Below are positions 10,940-24,594 of a DNA stretch of 64,000 nucleotides, piece by piece. Every line of letters starts with the position of its first letter. The first letter of the stretch is position 1. The notes below the pieces were generated by a model. That model was not told the origin of the DNA and did no database searches. It saw only the letters and a list, made by a program, of their open reading frames with translations. Source of the stretch: Octopus sinensis (lineage: Eukaryota); assembly GCF_006345805.1 (NCBI RefSeq), contig NC_043011.1:45644464-45708463 (forward strand), given 5' to 3'. A program made the position numbers and the translations under genes.

Positions 10940-12398
10940 TGCCAAACAATTGACGAACCTGTTGATATGACTGGTATGTCCTGGAGCTCCTGGCTGCGAG
11001 TTTTGAGTGAGAAATTGCAAGGAAAAGAGTTGTAACAAAATTTGTTCCTTGCTTGCTCATGGAAGATCAAAAGCAGTCAGGGCAGAATGCATGCTGTGAA
11101 CTGAAAGAACAGCTGGAAGTTGACTCGGACCATTTTTGAAGGTCAGCATTGGTGATTAAATCTGGTGCTATGACTACTACCCAGAAACGAAGTAGCAATC
11201 ATGTCAATAGGAGCATTCAATGTCACCATGCCCCCACCTGAAAGAACATTAAATGAAATCCAATTTCAAGACAATGCTGATTTGTTTTATCGATGCCAAA
11301 GGAATTGTCCACACAGAATTTGTTCCTCCTGGTCAAACTGTTAACCAGACATTTTATTTGGAAGTTCTGAAACATTTATGAAATGCAGTGAGATGAAAAT
11401 GCCTCAAACTGTGGCAAAGTGGAGAGTGGTTGTTTTACCACCTTCAGTATGAGACAGTTTTTGACCAAAAATGGCATGACCCCCATTTACCCACCCTCCC
11501 TCCCTATACACTTATCTTGCTCCCTACGACTTTTTTTTGTTCTACCGAATGAAAAAAGTCCTTAATGGAAAACGTTTTGCAGATGTGGGAGAAGTGAAGA
11601 GAAAAATGCTGGAGGCATTAAAAGGCATCACTTCACAAGAGTTCCAGAAATAAAGGTGGTAAGCTGGCAGAAACGTTAGCATGCCGGACGAAATGCATAG
11701 CCATATTTTGTCTGCTGTTACGTTCTGAGTTCAAATTCCGCCAAGGTCGACTTTGCCTTTCATCCTTTCAGGGTCGATAAAAAAAGTACCAGTTACATAC
11801 TGAGGTCGATATAATCGACTTAATCCGTTTGTCTGTCCTTGTTTGTCCCCTTCATGTTTAGCCCCTTGTGGGTTATAAAGAAATAGGTATTTCGTCTGCC
11901 GTTACGTTCTGAGCTCAAATTCTTTGCCTTTCATTCTTTCGGGGTCGATTAAATAAGTACCAGTTACGCACTCGGGTCGATATAATCGACTTAATCCGTT
12001 TGTCCGTCCTTCTTTGTCCTCTCAGTGTTTAGCCCCTTGTGGGCAGTAAAGAAATAGGTATTTCGTCTGCTGCTACGTTTTGAGTTCAAATTCCACCGAG
12101 GTCGACTTTTCCTTTCATCCTATCGGGGTCGATAAATTAAGTACTAGTTACGCACTAGGGTCGATGTAATCGACTTAATCCGTTTGTCTGTACTTGTTTG
12201 TCCCCTCTATGTTTAGCCCCTTGTGGGCAATAAAGAAATAAGAGTTCCAGAACTGCTTCAAATGGTGGAAAAAAGCATCTTGATCAAAGCATTGCTTCAA
12301 ACGGAAAATACTTTGAAAGCAATAGAGGTGTCAACATGTAAAATTAAATGAATAAAATAATATTGCAAAATTTTGGTTTCTCATGGGTACCCCCTCAT
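10940..12398 (+). mobile_element. Decayed 5'-truncated mariner (irritans-like) interrupted by a SINE array
   Basis: Remnants TKFVPCLLMEDQK, FIDAKGIVHTEFVPPGQTVNQTFYLEVLK and LNGKRFADVGEVKRKMLEALKG. TIR-like end GGTTTCTCATGGGTACCCCCTCAT. Confidence 0.8.
11655..12240 (+). mobile_element. Meta-domain SINE trimer inserted with 13-bp TSD
   Basis: Units 11655-11885, 11886-12056 and 12057-12240. TSD AAGAGTTCCAGAA at 11637-11649 and 12240-12252. Confidence 0.9.
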
Positions 12399-12757
12399 TA
12401 TTTCATGCATTTTAACCTGAGGTCAGCACTGATTTAGTAGACATATAATCATAAACATTCCAGCCTTGACCACCCCACCTTTTTCCTAGGGCTAAGTACA
12501 TGAAGGACTATAGTATCCAATCTGTCCTTCCTATTTTAAGACAGTACAATGTGATTTCGGGGAGATTTGGCTGCTATTTCTAGCAAACCGCTTGACTGAG
12601 TAGAGGCTACTACATTATCATGTTTACATTTGTAGTTTAAGGATGTTTAATTAGGTAAGCTCATTAGCACATGGCATAGTGACTTAATTAGCACTAAACT
12701 TGTAATTCTTTCTGTTTAATGAACAAAACTAAATTCAACACATTTCTCATTTCGCTT

Positions 12758-12836
<79 letters not shown>

Positions 12837-12999
12837 AATCACACGCGTGCGTGCACACACACTACTTTCTTCCTTTTTCTAACTCTTCTTATGTGTCTCT
12901 CGCTTTTCCTTTCTTTTATTCTTTGATTTTGATTTTGATTTAACCTGTCTGTCTATACATCTCCAGTTACATGCATATATATACGTGTGTATATATATA

Positions 13000-13046
<47 letters not shown>

Positions 13047-13089
13047 GTGTGTGTGTGTGTATGTGTATATATATAAATATATATGTATG

Positions 13090-13124
<35 letters not shown>

Positions 13125-13244
13125 TAATATATATGTATATATATGTATTTATATATATATATGTATATATATATACACACATACATACATACATACATAC
13201 ATACATACACACATATATACATACATATATATATATATATTCGT

Positions 13245-13616
13245 TTATTCTTTTACTGGTTTTAGTAATTTTGACTGTGGCCATGCTGGAGCACCGCTTT
13301 TTAGTGGAGCATATATATATATAAGACCCATAGACTTATTCTTTGTGAGCCTGGTACCTATTCTATTGGTCTCTTTTGCCAAATGCCTAAGGTACAACAT
13401 TGGTTGTCAAGTGCTTGTGGGGCGACAAACACAGACACAAACACACAAATTATACATACATATTTTGATTTTCCATCTACCAAATCCACTCATAAGGCTT
13501 TGGTCGACCTGAGGCTATAGTAGAAACCACTTGCTCAAAGTGCCATGCAGTGGTGTGAACCCCAAACCATGTGCTTGGGAAGTCAGTTTCTTACCACACA
13601 GCCATGCCTGTGCCTA
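13245..13616 (-). mobile_element. CORE-type (OK-like) SINE
   Basis: Reverse complement of the family at 8446. Confidence 0.8.
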
Positions 13617-13654
13617 TATATATATGTGTGTGTGTGCGTGTCTGTGTGTGTGTG

Positions 13655-13900
13655 GAATGCATGTGGCTTAGTGGTTAGGGTGTCAGCATCATGATCGTAA
13701 GATTGTGGGTTCAATTCCTGGACTGGGCAACGCGTTGTGTTCTTGAGCAAAACACTTCATTTCATATTGCTCCAGTCCACTCAGCTGGCAAAAATGAATA
13801 ATGCTGTGATGGACTGGTGTCCTGTTCAGCTGGGGAACACATACACCATTGAAACTGGGAAACCAGGCCCATGAGCCTAGCTAGGCTTTAAAAGGGCGCA
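13655..13900 (+). mobile_element. tRNA-derived SINE (octopus OR-like family)
   Basis: GCATGTGGCTTAGTGGTTAGGG...GGGTTCAATTCC head followed by CORE-like TTCTTGAGCAAAACACTT. Confidence 0.7.
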
Positions 13901-15187
13901 TTTATTATTATTCATATATGTATATATATATATATATGTGCCGGTGGCATGTAAAAAGGCACCATCCGAACGTGGCCGATGCCAGCGCCGCCTTGACTGG
14001 CTTCTGTGCTGGTGGCACGTAAAAAGCACCAACCGATCGTGGCTGCTGCCAGACTCCCCTGGCACGTAAAAAGCACCCACTACACTCACGGAGTGGTTGG
14101 CGTTAGGAAGGGCATCCAGCTGTAGAAACACTGCCAGATCAGACTGGGCCTGGCGCAGCCTTCTGGCTTCCCAGACACCAGTTGAACCGTCCAACCCATG
14201 CCAGCATGGAAAACGGACGTTAAACGATGATGATGATGATGATGATATATTTACACACACACACACACACACATTTACACACATGCACTTAACCAGTTTC
14301 ATATTTGCTGATTTTCAAAAGTGCATCTTTATGTGTTTATGTGTTTATGTGCTGCAAACTTTATCTTTTTTGGCTTTTGTTCCAAAAACTGTTTGTTTTC
14401 ATAGAGACAATGCAACTTAGATCACTATCAGTTTATGCAGAGATTGATTGCTGGAGGCTGGTCAGTTTTTCTATTTCGTCCATGTGTTAAAAACTTGTAA
14501 CAGCTGCATGAGAAAGTCTCCTCAGAGCTTATGTTCAAGAGATATGTCATTTGACAGTCAAAACAATAGTTAAGAAAGGTGAAGGCCACATCTGAATTTT
14601 ACAGGAGTTTTTAATCATATTCTGGTAAGAAAGACTGAATCATATACCAGAGTAGTATATATGACACATAAAATTCCCAAAGCCTTGGCTAAATAAGATA
14701 ACAGTTGTTCATACAGCTACAAGACACAACCAAAAAGTTAAAACAGCCCTAAAAACAAATGATCTTTCGAATAATGTTGAGAAAAGATACAGTTTGCAAC
14801 ACAGCTCCACATAGCATTTCCTTTTGAAAATCAACAAAAATGAAATTGGTGTGTGTATACATATATATATATATATATATATATATCTAATGTAGGATAA
14901 AATTTTTTTTGAAAAAAATTATTTTCCCCAAAAAATTTTATCAATGGCCAGCATATTAAAAAATACCTTTAAAGGTTAAATTTATAGGACGAAGGGAGGG
15001 CTGTTATAAGCTAACCCTGAAATTGGTCCGATATGGTAATAATGGAATTTTTTAGAAATTTCTGTCCACCTTTTTTCGAGTAGCGTGTGTATTGTGAAAA
15101 AATTATATGGTTAATGGACAATATGTCCAATTTTTCGGCATATTTGGCATTAGAAATTTTTTGGTTTGCCCTTATCTATGAATTGTT

Positions 15188-15224
<37 letters not shown>

Positions 15225-16417
15225 GTGTGTGTGTGTATGTGTGTATACTCTTTTACTTGTTTCAGTCATTTGACTGCGGCCATGCTGGAGCACCGCCTTT
15301 AGTCGAGCAAATCGACCCCAGGACTTATTCTTTGTAAGCCTTGTACTTATTCTATCAGTCTCTTTTGCTGAACTGCTAAGTTACGGGGACATAAACACAC
15401 CAGCATCGGTTGTCAAGCAATGTTGGGGGAACAAACATGTGTGTGTATCAGCTGTTGATAACAATCCAAAGAAGTACTCAATACAGTAGTTTATCTATGC
15501 TGCTCGGGTGGCTTGTTATTCTAGAACCATCATTGGCAAACTGTGCTCCAAATTTCTTTCTCAATAGCATGCCTAATGAAAAGTTAACATTGAATAATTC
15601 TTTTAGTTGTGGGGGCCTGTCTGATGACATGCCATGTCTCTTGTAACCTGTTCCTCGAAAAATATCATTCGTGCTTATTCCACACTTCCTTCCTATAGTG
15701 TGCAGCCACCTCTTTGGACAAGTCAAACTGCATGAAAAGACATCATTAATTTCATCTGACCAATGTAAGCATGGAAAAGCTGACATTAAAATGAGATTAT
15801 GATAGACAGTCAAACACAGATGCAGAGATACACAGGCACACACACACACACACACACCACACATGTATATCTAATGATTTTGTTTGGGCATTGTGATGCT
15901 AATAGCCTGTTGTTAGAACTAGGACAGTCTTAACTGCATTATAGACCCCAGCATATATCAGAAATGGGCCCCTAAACTCGTTAGGCCCCTGAGCAATTGT
16001 CCACTGTACCCATGCCTCAAGACAGCAATGGTTAGAAACCAAGCAGTCGTTCTCAATGATCTTTTACCTTCTGATTTACTATTTTACTGTGGATGATATA
16101 GCTTTAGAGATACTGGGGACAAAACCTAACATCACCACCACTACCATGTGTATGCGTATCACCTTCACCTTTGAAATGCAGAGTAGATGAAACCATGGTG
16201 ACTGAAGAAGGGGAATTTTCCTTGTGTTATTTGTCCTGTACTCTATTGTTTCGTTGTTTAAGAAAAATGTCCAGTTCGTTGGTTTTGTGTTTATGTTTTC
16301 GTTTCTCATTGTGTTCGACGTTTTTTTGGTGTCCTGTACCCATATATGCATGTATATATACATGTAGAGGTAGGTACATACATATATGTATGTATATATG
16401 CATATGTTTTATTCATT

Positions 16418-16483
<66 letters not shown>

Positions 16484-16502
16484 CATATGCATACATACAC
16501 AT

Positions 16503-16645
16503 AAGAGGCTGTGCTGAAAAGTTTCTAGCTTTAAGGGTATTGCGAAAGGCCTGGCTGGAGGTCCAACCTTCCAGGTTCTTTTACAGGGCTTAGAAAAACT
16601 GGAGGACTGCTGCAATAGGTTTATGTATCTGAGAGGGAAATATCA
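16503..16645 (+). mobile_element. Mariner-derived short non-autonomous fragment
   Basis: TIR-like GAGGCTGTGCTGAAAAGTT followed by a transposase C-terminal remnant FLQGLEKLEDCCNRFMYLRGKY. Confidence 0.5.
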
Positions 16646-17920
16646 CTCTCATCATCATCATAATCTTCATTTAACATCTGTTGTTTATGCTGGCATGGGT
16701 TGAATGGTTTGATTGTGTTGGCATGCTGGAAGGCTGCACCAGACTCCTGTCTGATTTGACATAGTTTTCTATAGCTAGATGCCCTTCCTAATGGCAACCC
16801 TTCCAAGAGTATAATGGGTACTTTTACGTGCCACCTGCACAGGTGCCATTTACGTGACACTGGGGTGCTTTTACATGCCACTCGCATGGGTGCCAGTTTG
16901 TGTGATACCAGTATCTGCGACGACTGTGATTTTACTTGGCTGAATAGATCTTCTTCTCAAGCATAACATAATGCTAAAGGTCTCAGTTATTGCCTCCATG
17001 AGGCCCAACACTCAAAAGGAACTCAACCACTTTGCTTCCATGAAGCCCAACGCCCAAATATGTTAAATAAAATCATAATTAACTGATCCACCTGTATCTT
17101 CTTTTACCCAATGTCAGGAACATTTCAGCACTCCTTTGTATAATTCTGTTTGAAAACCAAGATTGTTCATTCTATGTAGACAATAACCTAAATTCTACAT
17201 ATTCAGTATTTAATACAGGTAACAATTATTTCCCCCTCTGTCATTCACATAAAGATTATAAAAGATGCTACTTTTATCCTTTCCTGAAATTAACAACAAG
17301 CTTTGAAGCCATGAACATGTGTAGTACAATATAACAATAAAAAAACTTATAAACAAATGACAAAAAAAAAACTTGCATAAAATACATGAAAGACAATTAA
17401 CTTGCTGAAGAACACTTGCAGACTTAATTAATCTGTGAACACACAAGTATTGCATATATTTCACACCTAATGTTCTGAGGTACTATATATATATATATAT
17501 GATGTAATACATATATGTGTGTGTGTATGTGTATATATATATAATATATAGATATGTGTGTGTATATATATATATATGTATATCTATATATGCATGTGTA
17601 TATATATATATATGTTTATACATAAATATATGTGTGTGTGTGTGTCTGTGTGTTTGTGTGTGTGTGTATAGATAGATAGATAGATAGATAAATAGATAAA
17701 TACACATATATACCCACCTGTTAAAACGTAAGATAGGTAAAACAAACAATACATACATATACATGCATACATACATACATATATGTACATACATAAATAT
17801 ATGTATACATACATACATATATATGTATCCGTACATACATACATATATATATATACATGCATACACACATATATATATATATACGCATATATATATCTAC
17901 ATATATATATGTATATATTA

Positions 17921-17962
<42 letters not shown>

Positions 17963-18141
17963 GCATATATGTGTGTGTGTGTGTGTGTAAATACACGTGC
18001 ATATATCATTATTTTATATAGTTACATGTTTGTGTGTTTGTAGCGAATATATATTGAGAGACACAAAGAGGAAGATGCAAGGCATTAAAAAAACATAAAC
18101 TCGCCTTGTAAGAAGAATCACACCCTCACTTTTATGAGATT

Positions 18142-18172
<31 letters not shown>

Positions 18173-18886
18173 ACACACACACAGATACACACACATATGA
18201 ACACAGACAGATTGCAAATATTTTTACAAGCAAACTCCGTGGGTGAGACACAGCGTGCTTCTTCAAGGAAGACAATCCTCAGCAGGGGTGGTCAACTAAA
18301 TATAGACAATGTATAATGTCAGATTCTCACATGTACATAGGTACACACCTCGTTGATGATGTTATTGTTGTTTTAGTTTACGATTTCACTGTTTGCTTTG
18401 TTTGTAGTTTGTGTTGTTGTTGTTATTGTTGTTGTTGTCTGTTGTGTTTGTTGTTTGGGAGATGATGACATAACTATTTAATAGTTTACTAAATATATAC
18501 CACATGCACACATGCATATGCATGGATATGTATATATATATATATATATACACATAGATATATATACATGTATACATACATACATACTTACATATATACA
18601 TATATATATACATATATATATACATATATATACATATATATATATTTATATATATATATATATATAGACATGAATATTTGCACATACAACATGTACATTC
18701 ACACACACATACTCACACAGACATATCCATGTGTGTGTGTATTCATATCTATTGGACCCTTCTATATATTAATCTTTCTAATCATCCATCTATCCTACTC
18801 TATTTCTTTAACTACACATCCATGCATCCACCCATCCATCAATCCATCCATCCATCCAACCAATCCAACCATCCATCCAGCCATCC

Positions 18887-18979
<93 letters not shown>

Positions 18980-19597
18980 CCTACCTATCTACCTACCTAC
19001 CTACCTCTCCTCCTCTTAGAGACTCTAATACCTGCTTTGCCGATGGTTCATTCTACTTCAACCAGAAAATATATAACAGACTAACTCAAGGGTTAAACTC
19101 ACGCTCACCAGCTAAACAACAGCACTTCTTATACAATCACAATTCTACCCATTGTTCTTACTGTTCTGGCCTATAGGCCTACACATAGCTTTGTTTTATA
19201 TTTTACATTCTTAAGGTATTCTGTTGTGTTTGGGGAGAGTCATTTTTTTTTTTGTGCCTTATAATGTAACACACTCACCGGTAAAATTTCCAATTATTTC
19301 TTATTTTTATTTTCCTAAAATTTTCGTAGCATCTTGCAACCGTTTCTATAGTCTTAAGGTATATTCTTTTCAATATTCTTAAGGTACATTCTCAGGTAAA
19401 AGTCACACGCAGCATTCTGTATTATACTATTATACTGGCGTTAGTCAAAAATTTTAGCGTCTCAAGCAGACGCCTTATAAAACTAGGGGAAGCGTTTTTT
19501 AGCTGACATCATCCGAAGATGGGTTCATTTCTAAGAAATTAAACCCATTAGATTACAACTGGACTATTCAATATTGCTGCTGGGAGCTGGTGCGCCA

Positions 19598-19655
19598 ACC
19601 ATTGTAAGTTGATCAGTTGTAAGTCGGATAGGTTGTAAGTTGATGACGACCTGTA
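19598..19655. mobile_element. pogo/Tigger-like terminal fragment
   Basis: Tandem TGTAAGT subterminal motifs ending GACGACCTG-TA. Confidence 0.45.
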
Positions 19656-20809
19656 TTTTTATAGAAATCTGTTGCCTTTTAGTCAATTAATTTTGAAAAT
19701 AATAAAGAATTTACTAAAATAACATTGACATTGGCACAGACATGGCTGTGTGGTAAGAAGGTTGCTTCACAGCCACATGGTTCAGTGTTCAGTCCCACTG
19801 CATGGCATCTTGGGCAAGTGTCTTCTGTTACAGCCTCGAGTCGACCAAAGCCTTGTGAGTGGATTTGGTAGATGGAAACTGAAAGAAGCCTGTCATTTAT
19901 ATGTATATCTATATATCTATGCGTGCATGTCTTTGTGTCTGTGTTTGTTCCCCACTCCACCATTTGACATCCAGTGCTGGTGTGTTTACATCCCCATAAC
20001 TTAGCAGTTTGTCAAAAGAGACTGATAGAATGAGTATCAGACTTTTTATTAATAAGTTCTGAGATTGATACATTTGACTAAAAATTCTTCAAGGCAGTGC
20101 CCCATCATGGCCACAGTCTAATGACCAAAACAAATGAAAGATAACAGAAAAGATAAAAGATTGTTAAACTGGTATTTGGAATTCATTTTTTATTCTTTTA
20201 CTTGTTTCAGTCACTTGGCTGCAGCCATGCTGGAGCACCACCGTAAAGGGTTTTAGTTGAAGAAATCGACTCCATGACTTATTCTTTGTCAGCCTAGTAC
20301 TTATCCTACCAGACTCTTGCTGAACCACTTAGTTATGAGGACATAAACACACCAACATCGGTTGTCGAGCGATGGCAGGGGAACAAACACCGATACTTGT
20401 ACATAATCACATACATATATATATGATAGGCTTCATTCAGTTTCCATTCATCAAATCCACTCACAAGGTTTTAGTTGGCCTGAGGCTATAGTAGAAGATG
20501 CTTTTGCAAGGTGCCATGCAGTGGAACTGAACCCAGAATCATGTGGTTGGAAAGGAAGCTTCTTACCACACAGTCACTATTGCACCTAATTTTGATGACC
20601 AGCTTTAATTTAGATTGTTTTAAACCGGAAGTTTGTATCAAAGAGCTAGGGATGGTCGCAGGTGGGTTGATATCAAAAGGGTTAACTCGTTACCCCATTC
20701 CATAATACCACCTGCTGCTTGGGTTCCATTAGCAAATTCTGTTTTGTTGCAAGTATTCTGATAAAGCTTCAGCTCTGAAGATAACCCATGACTTGCTCTG
20801 TTTCCTCCC

Positions 20810-21150
20810 AGCACCACCAGCACCAGCACCAACACCACCACCACCACCACCATCACCATCACCAGCAGCACTACCACCACTGCATCACCACCACTGCTGC
20901 CGCCACCGCCGCTGCCACCACCACCAGAAACACCAGCACCGCCGCCGCCACCACCAGCACCCCCAGCACTACCAGCAAAACCACCACCGCCACCACAGCC
21001 ACCACCACCACCACCACTGCGGCTGCTGCCGCCACTGCTGCCACCACCACCTTCACCAGCACCACCAGCACCATTGCCACTGCCACCACCACCAGCAACA
21101 CCACCATCACCACCATCACCAATGCCACCACCACCACCACCACCACCACC
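20810..21150. repeat. (CCA)n/(GCC)n low-complexity tract
   Basis: Direct reading; source of the poly-T/H/P/V artefact ORFs. Confidence 0.95.
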
Positions 21151-21854
21151 AAACGAATCTTTGGCATTGGTTTTTTTTTTATTTGTTTGTGATTAAGCCA
21201 TTAAAAAAAGTCAAAAATCAATGTCCAACAGCAATTTACTTTCCTTTGATACAAGAGGGTTTTCTATATAAATTTGCCTGGTTTCAGCCATTTTCTCTAC
21301 CTTCCTCACGAAATCTTCAGTAGTTCTAAATCAAACTGAAATCTTACCAAAAACCTATGAAGAACACGCTAACATTTCACACATTTTTTTCTTTTTTTTT
21401 TGAAATTGCAACTCAGCTCTCTTTTTCTTTCCTTTTTCTTCTCCACCATATTCCTGACCATACAACGCTGGGTATATTTGCTGCCGATGCACGTGTAAAT
21501 TTATGTTTTCTCTGTTTCTATAAAACATTCCTTGTTGACATTGATAACAGTTTTTGTTGTTGCAGCTTTCTCGAATATATTTTTTTTTCCATCATATTTC
21601 TATTTTGATGACATTATTTTTTTTTCTTTCATTTTTCTTTTTTGCTTGCTATTCTTACATAATCTATCGCAACAACTTGTAACTTATATCTTCAGTGGTT
21701 GACATTCTGGGCTTTCGGCAGCTGCCACCACTTCTTCAACTTTAACTACTTGGCCTTCAACAGCCACCATCTTGTCAACAATACACAGGCTTTTGAAAAT
21801 AAATGATGCCCAACAAAATTTCTCTCTTATTACAATATACTCAAATGCTATACT

Positions 21855-22290
21855 TTTTACTCTCTTTTACTCTTTTACTTGTTTCAGTCATTTGACTGCG
21901 GCCATGCTGGAGCACTGCTTTTAATTGAGCAACTCATCCCTGGGACTTATTCTTTTGTAAGCCCAGTACTTATCCTATCGGTCTCTTTTGCCGAACTGCT
22001 AAGTAACAGGGACATAAACACACCAGCATCGGTTGTCAAGCGATGCTAGGGGGACAAACACAGACACCAAACACACACACGCATATATATATATATATAT
22101 ATATATCTATATATATATATATATACGACGGGCTTCTTTCAGTTTCCGTCTACCAAATCCACTCACAAGGCTTTGGTCGGCCCGAGGCTATAATAGAAGA
22201 CACTTGCCCAAGGTGCCACGCAGTGGGACTGAACCCGGAGCCATGTGGTTGGTAAACAAGCTACTTACCACACAGCCTCTCCTGCGCCTA
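21855..22290 (-). mobile_element. Full-length CORE-type (OK-like) SINE
   Basis: Complete head, central microsatellite and (TACTCTTT)n tail in reverse orientation. Confidence 0.9.
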
Positions 22291-22329
22291 TGTCAAACAT
22301 TTAAATCAAATTTTCTCAAAACAACTTGT

Positions 22330-22945
22330 CTGACCGTCCCGTAGGCCTCCCCTTTGAGAAACATTGATTTAATCTAAATTTGAGACACCAGCAAAAGAAG
22401 AAATAAAGATAGACTTTTTTTCTATTCCAAAGAAAAACGATTTTATTCAGACAAATATGCAACCGAAGAGTTTAAAGTACCAGTAATGATAAGGCTGTTG
22501 ACTGGGAGAACACAAACATGGTTTAAACAGTAAGCTTGGCAGGAAAGAAACGTGCCTTTAAGCAGTACAAAAACAACAAAAAATGGAAGGTGCAGTTATG
22601 TACAGGTTGACGGAAGAAAAGCAGGACAAAAACGATGCATGCAAATGGGTTAGCTGGGGGTAAATCTAGATGGAAAAGCATGATGATTTTTTTTGCGCAA
22701 ACTTCACGTACATTTTTCTTGTAGTATCGATCGCAACAGCTGATGTACTTGTGCGTACAAATGCACGTCCCCACGGTTTTATCGATCGCATTCTCACCTG
22801 GAATCGATTTTTGTAATTTTTTCAAGACTTATACATGCCCTGATACCGTCGGTATCTACATATCAAATTTGAGCGCAATCGAATGGAGGATGCCTGAGAT
22901 CCTATAAAACACACAGACAGACAGAACGGATTTTATATAATAAAT
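22330..22945 (+). mobile_element. Helitron/HINE-like non-autonomous element, CpG-rich
   Basis: Ends ATATCAAATTTGAGCGCAATCG...ACAGACAGACAGAACGGATTTTATATAATAAAT, similar in layout to the 3' end at about 800-915. Confidence 0.45.
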
Positions 22946-24218
22946 ACGTGTATGTGTGTGTGTGTGTGTATGCGTGTGAGTGTGTGCATATGCATGTGAG
23001 TGTGTCAATATGAATACAGACGAAAACTAATATTTAGATCTACTGTTATTTATTAGACTAGAACAGTGAAGAGGAAAGAAGTTACTTTCAATTTGATTTC
23101 TTACTTCATATCAATAATAAAAACCCCTTCTTAGAAATCCTCCGTCTTGAAAGCTTCAGCTTGGAAATATTGGATGCAACTTCTTCACAATTTCATTTGC
23201 TAATTGAATTGGTGAAAAGCCAAATGATATACTTTTCAGAAACCGTCTCCATTTGCCAATTTAATCCAATGGGGCTTTTTGTCTTGACAGGATAGGACCT
23301 CTGTCTTACTCCTTGTCTGCATTTAATTGAATATAGAAAGTGAGGGCTGCGGTGAAGCTGGTGTGAATCTGTTCAAGTTCTGCTTGGTTAATGAAATGAA
23401 AAATAATAAAGGAATTTCCATAATTCTTTAAAGATGATATTATCAACGTAATTTCTAAATGTCCATTACAGTTTCTTCTTTTAGAATTTCTTCATTGTGA
23501 TCTTGTTTTGGCTGGCACTTAATTCTTTCAGCGGAAAAAATGTCTTTTACGGATGATATCATTATTTGCCAATTTAATCCAATCGGGATTTTCCATTCAA
23601 TAAATTTTCTCTCACTTGATCAATCACCGATCCTTCTTCACCCTCTCTCAATATTTACTTTTTCTTTACATTCAATTGACGAATAGTAATAGCTATTTAA
23701 TCGAAGAATTCTTTTTTTTTAATTAGTTAATGGCTATAGCAATCAACCTTTTCATGAACACATGAACACATGAAAATGAGTTTCAGTTTAAATGAAACAC
23801 AAACATCCCAGTAAAGTCTGTTTTGGAATAGGTTTGTGAAAGGGAGCAAAACTTAGCTTTTGGTAGGCTTCTAGTGAAGGGGTTGCACGAAAAGTACACT
23901 TGTTTGAAACAAGAAGTTCAGACACTATTATTTCAGAGTAGGTGAATATATCATCATCATCATCATCATCATCATTTGATAGGATCCAACAGGTCAGATG
24001 ACTGTGTTCAGCGCCAATGTCTGTTTTGGCATGGTTTCTACAGCTGGATGCCTTCCTAATGCCAACCACTTTACAGAGTGGACTGGGTGCTTATTCATGC
24101 TACGAAGGTCACCAAGTAGTTTGCATGTATGTATGTATGTATGTGTGTATGTATGTATGTATGTATGTATTTGTGTATGTATGTATGTATGTATGTATGT
24201 ATGTATGTATGTATGTAT

Positions 24219-24456
24219 CGAGAGAGCACGTATCCAGCATGAAGAACTTAAGCGAGCTGCGCAAAAGCGCACAGCTCATATAGTGAATGGGGAAAGCTTG
24301 GTCTGCAATGTTTGCAGTCGTGTATGCTTGTCAAGAGCAGAGCTCATTAGCCACCAACGGAGCCGCAAATGCAAAATATAAGTAGTCCTAGAGCACACAA
24401 TGTTCCTGAAGGTCGGCAATGGTCTTCCTCGGTCACAAGTGGACAGCCATCATCAT
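24219..24456 (+). mobile_element. RTE-type LINE 3' end with C-terminal zinc finger
   Basis: LVCNVCSRVCLSRAELISHQRSRKCKI*, followed by a short 3' UTR ending GGACAGCCATCATCAT. Confidence 0.8.
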
Positions 24457-24594
24457 GTATGCATGCATGTATGAATGTATGTGTATACACAGACACACTC
24501 ACACACACACATACACACACACAAGTAAGCACCTAGATGCAAAACAAGATGGAAAACAAGGTAGAGTAATAACTAATAAATGTCTATCTAGCTA

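Noticed and set aside
14886-15188. Minus-strand CQICRKIGHIVH as a gag zinc knuckle
   Set aside because: Flanked by stops, lacks the final Cys, and another frame is equally open.
16190-16240. GAAACCATGGT and CTGAAGA (also CTGATGA at about 44958) as a hammerhead
   Set aside because: Motif order and spacing leave no stem I, and no GAAA follows stem II. It is only a shared dispersed repeat (16170-16420 and 44915-45090).
19505-19552. CCGAAGA-TGGGTT...AACCCA hairpin as a hammerhead
   Set aside because: The hairpin is real but the core is altered and GAAA is missing. The surrounding 19020-19560 repeat could not be classified.
20618-20630. ETS-like CCGGAAGT as a promoter
   Set aside because: Single short motif, no CpG island or other support.
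22523-22825. 100-aa minus-strand ORF as a gene
   Set aside because: Lies inside a Helitron-like repeat; no splice signals or recognisable motif.
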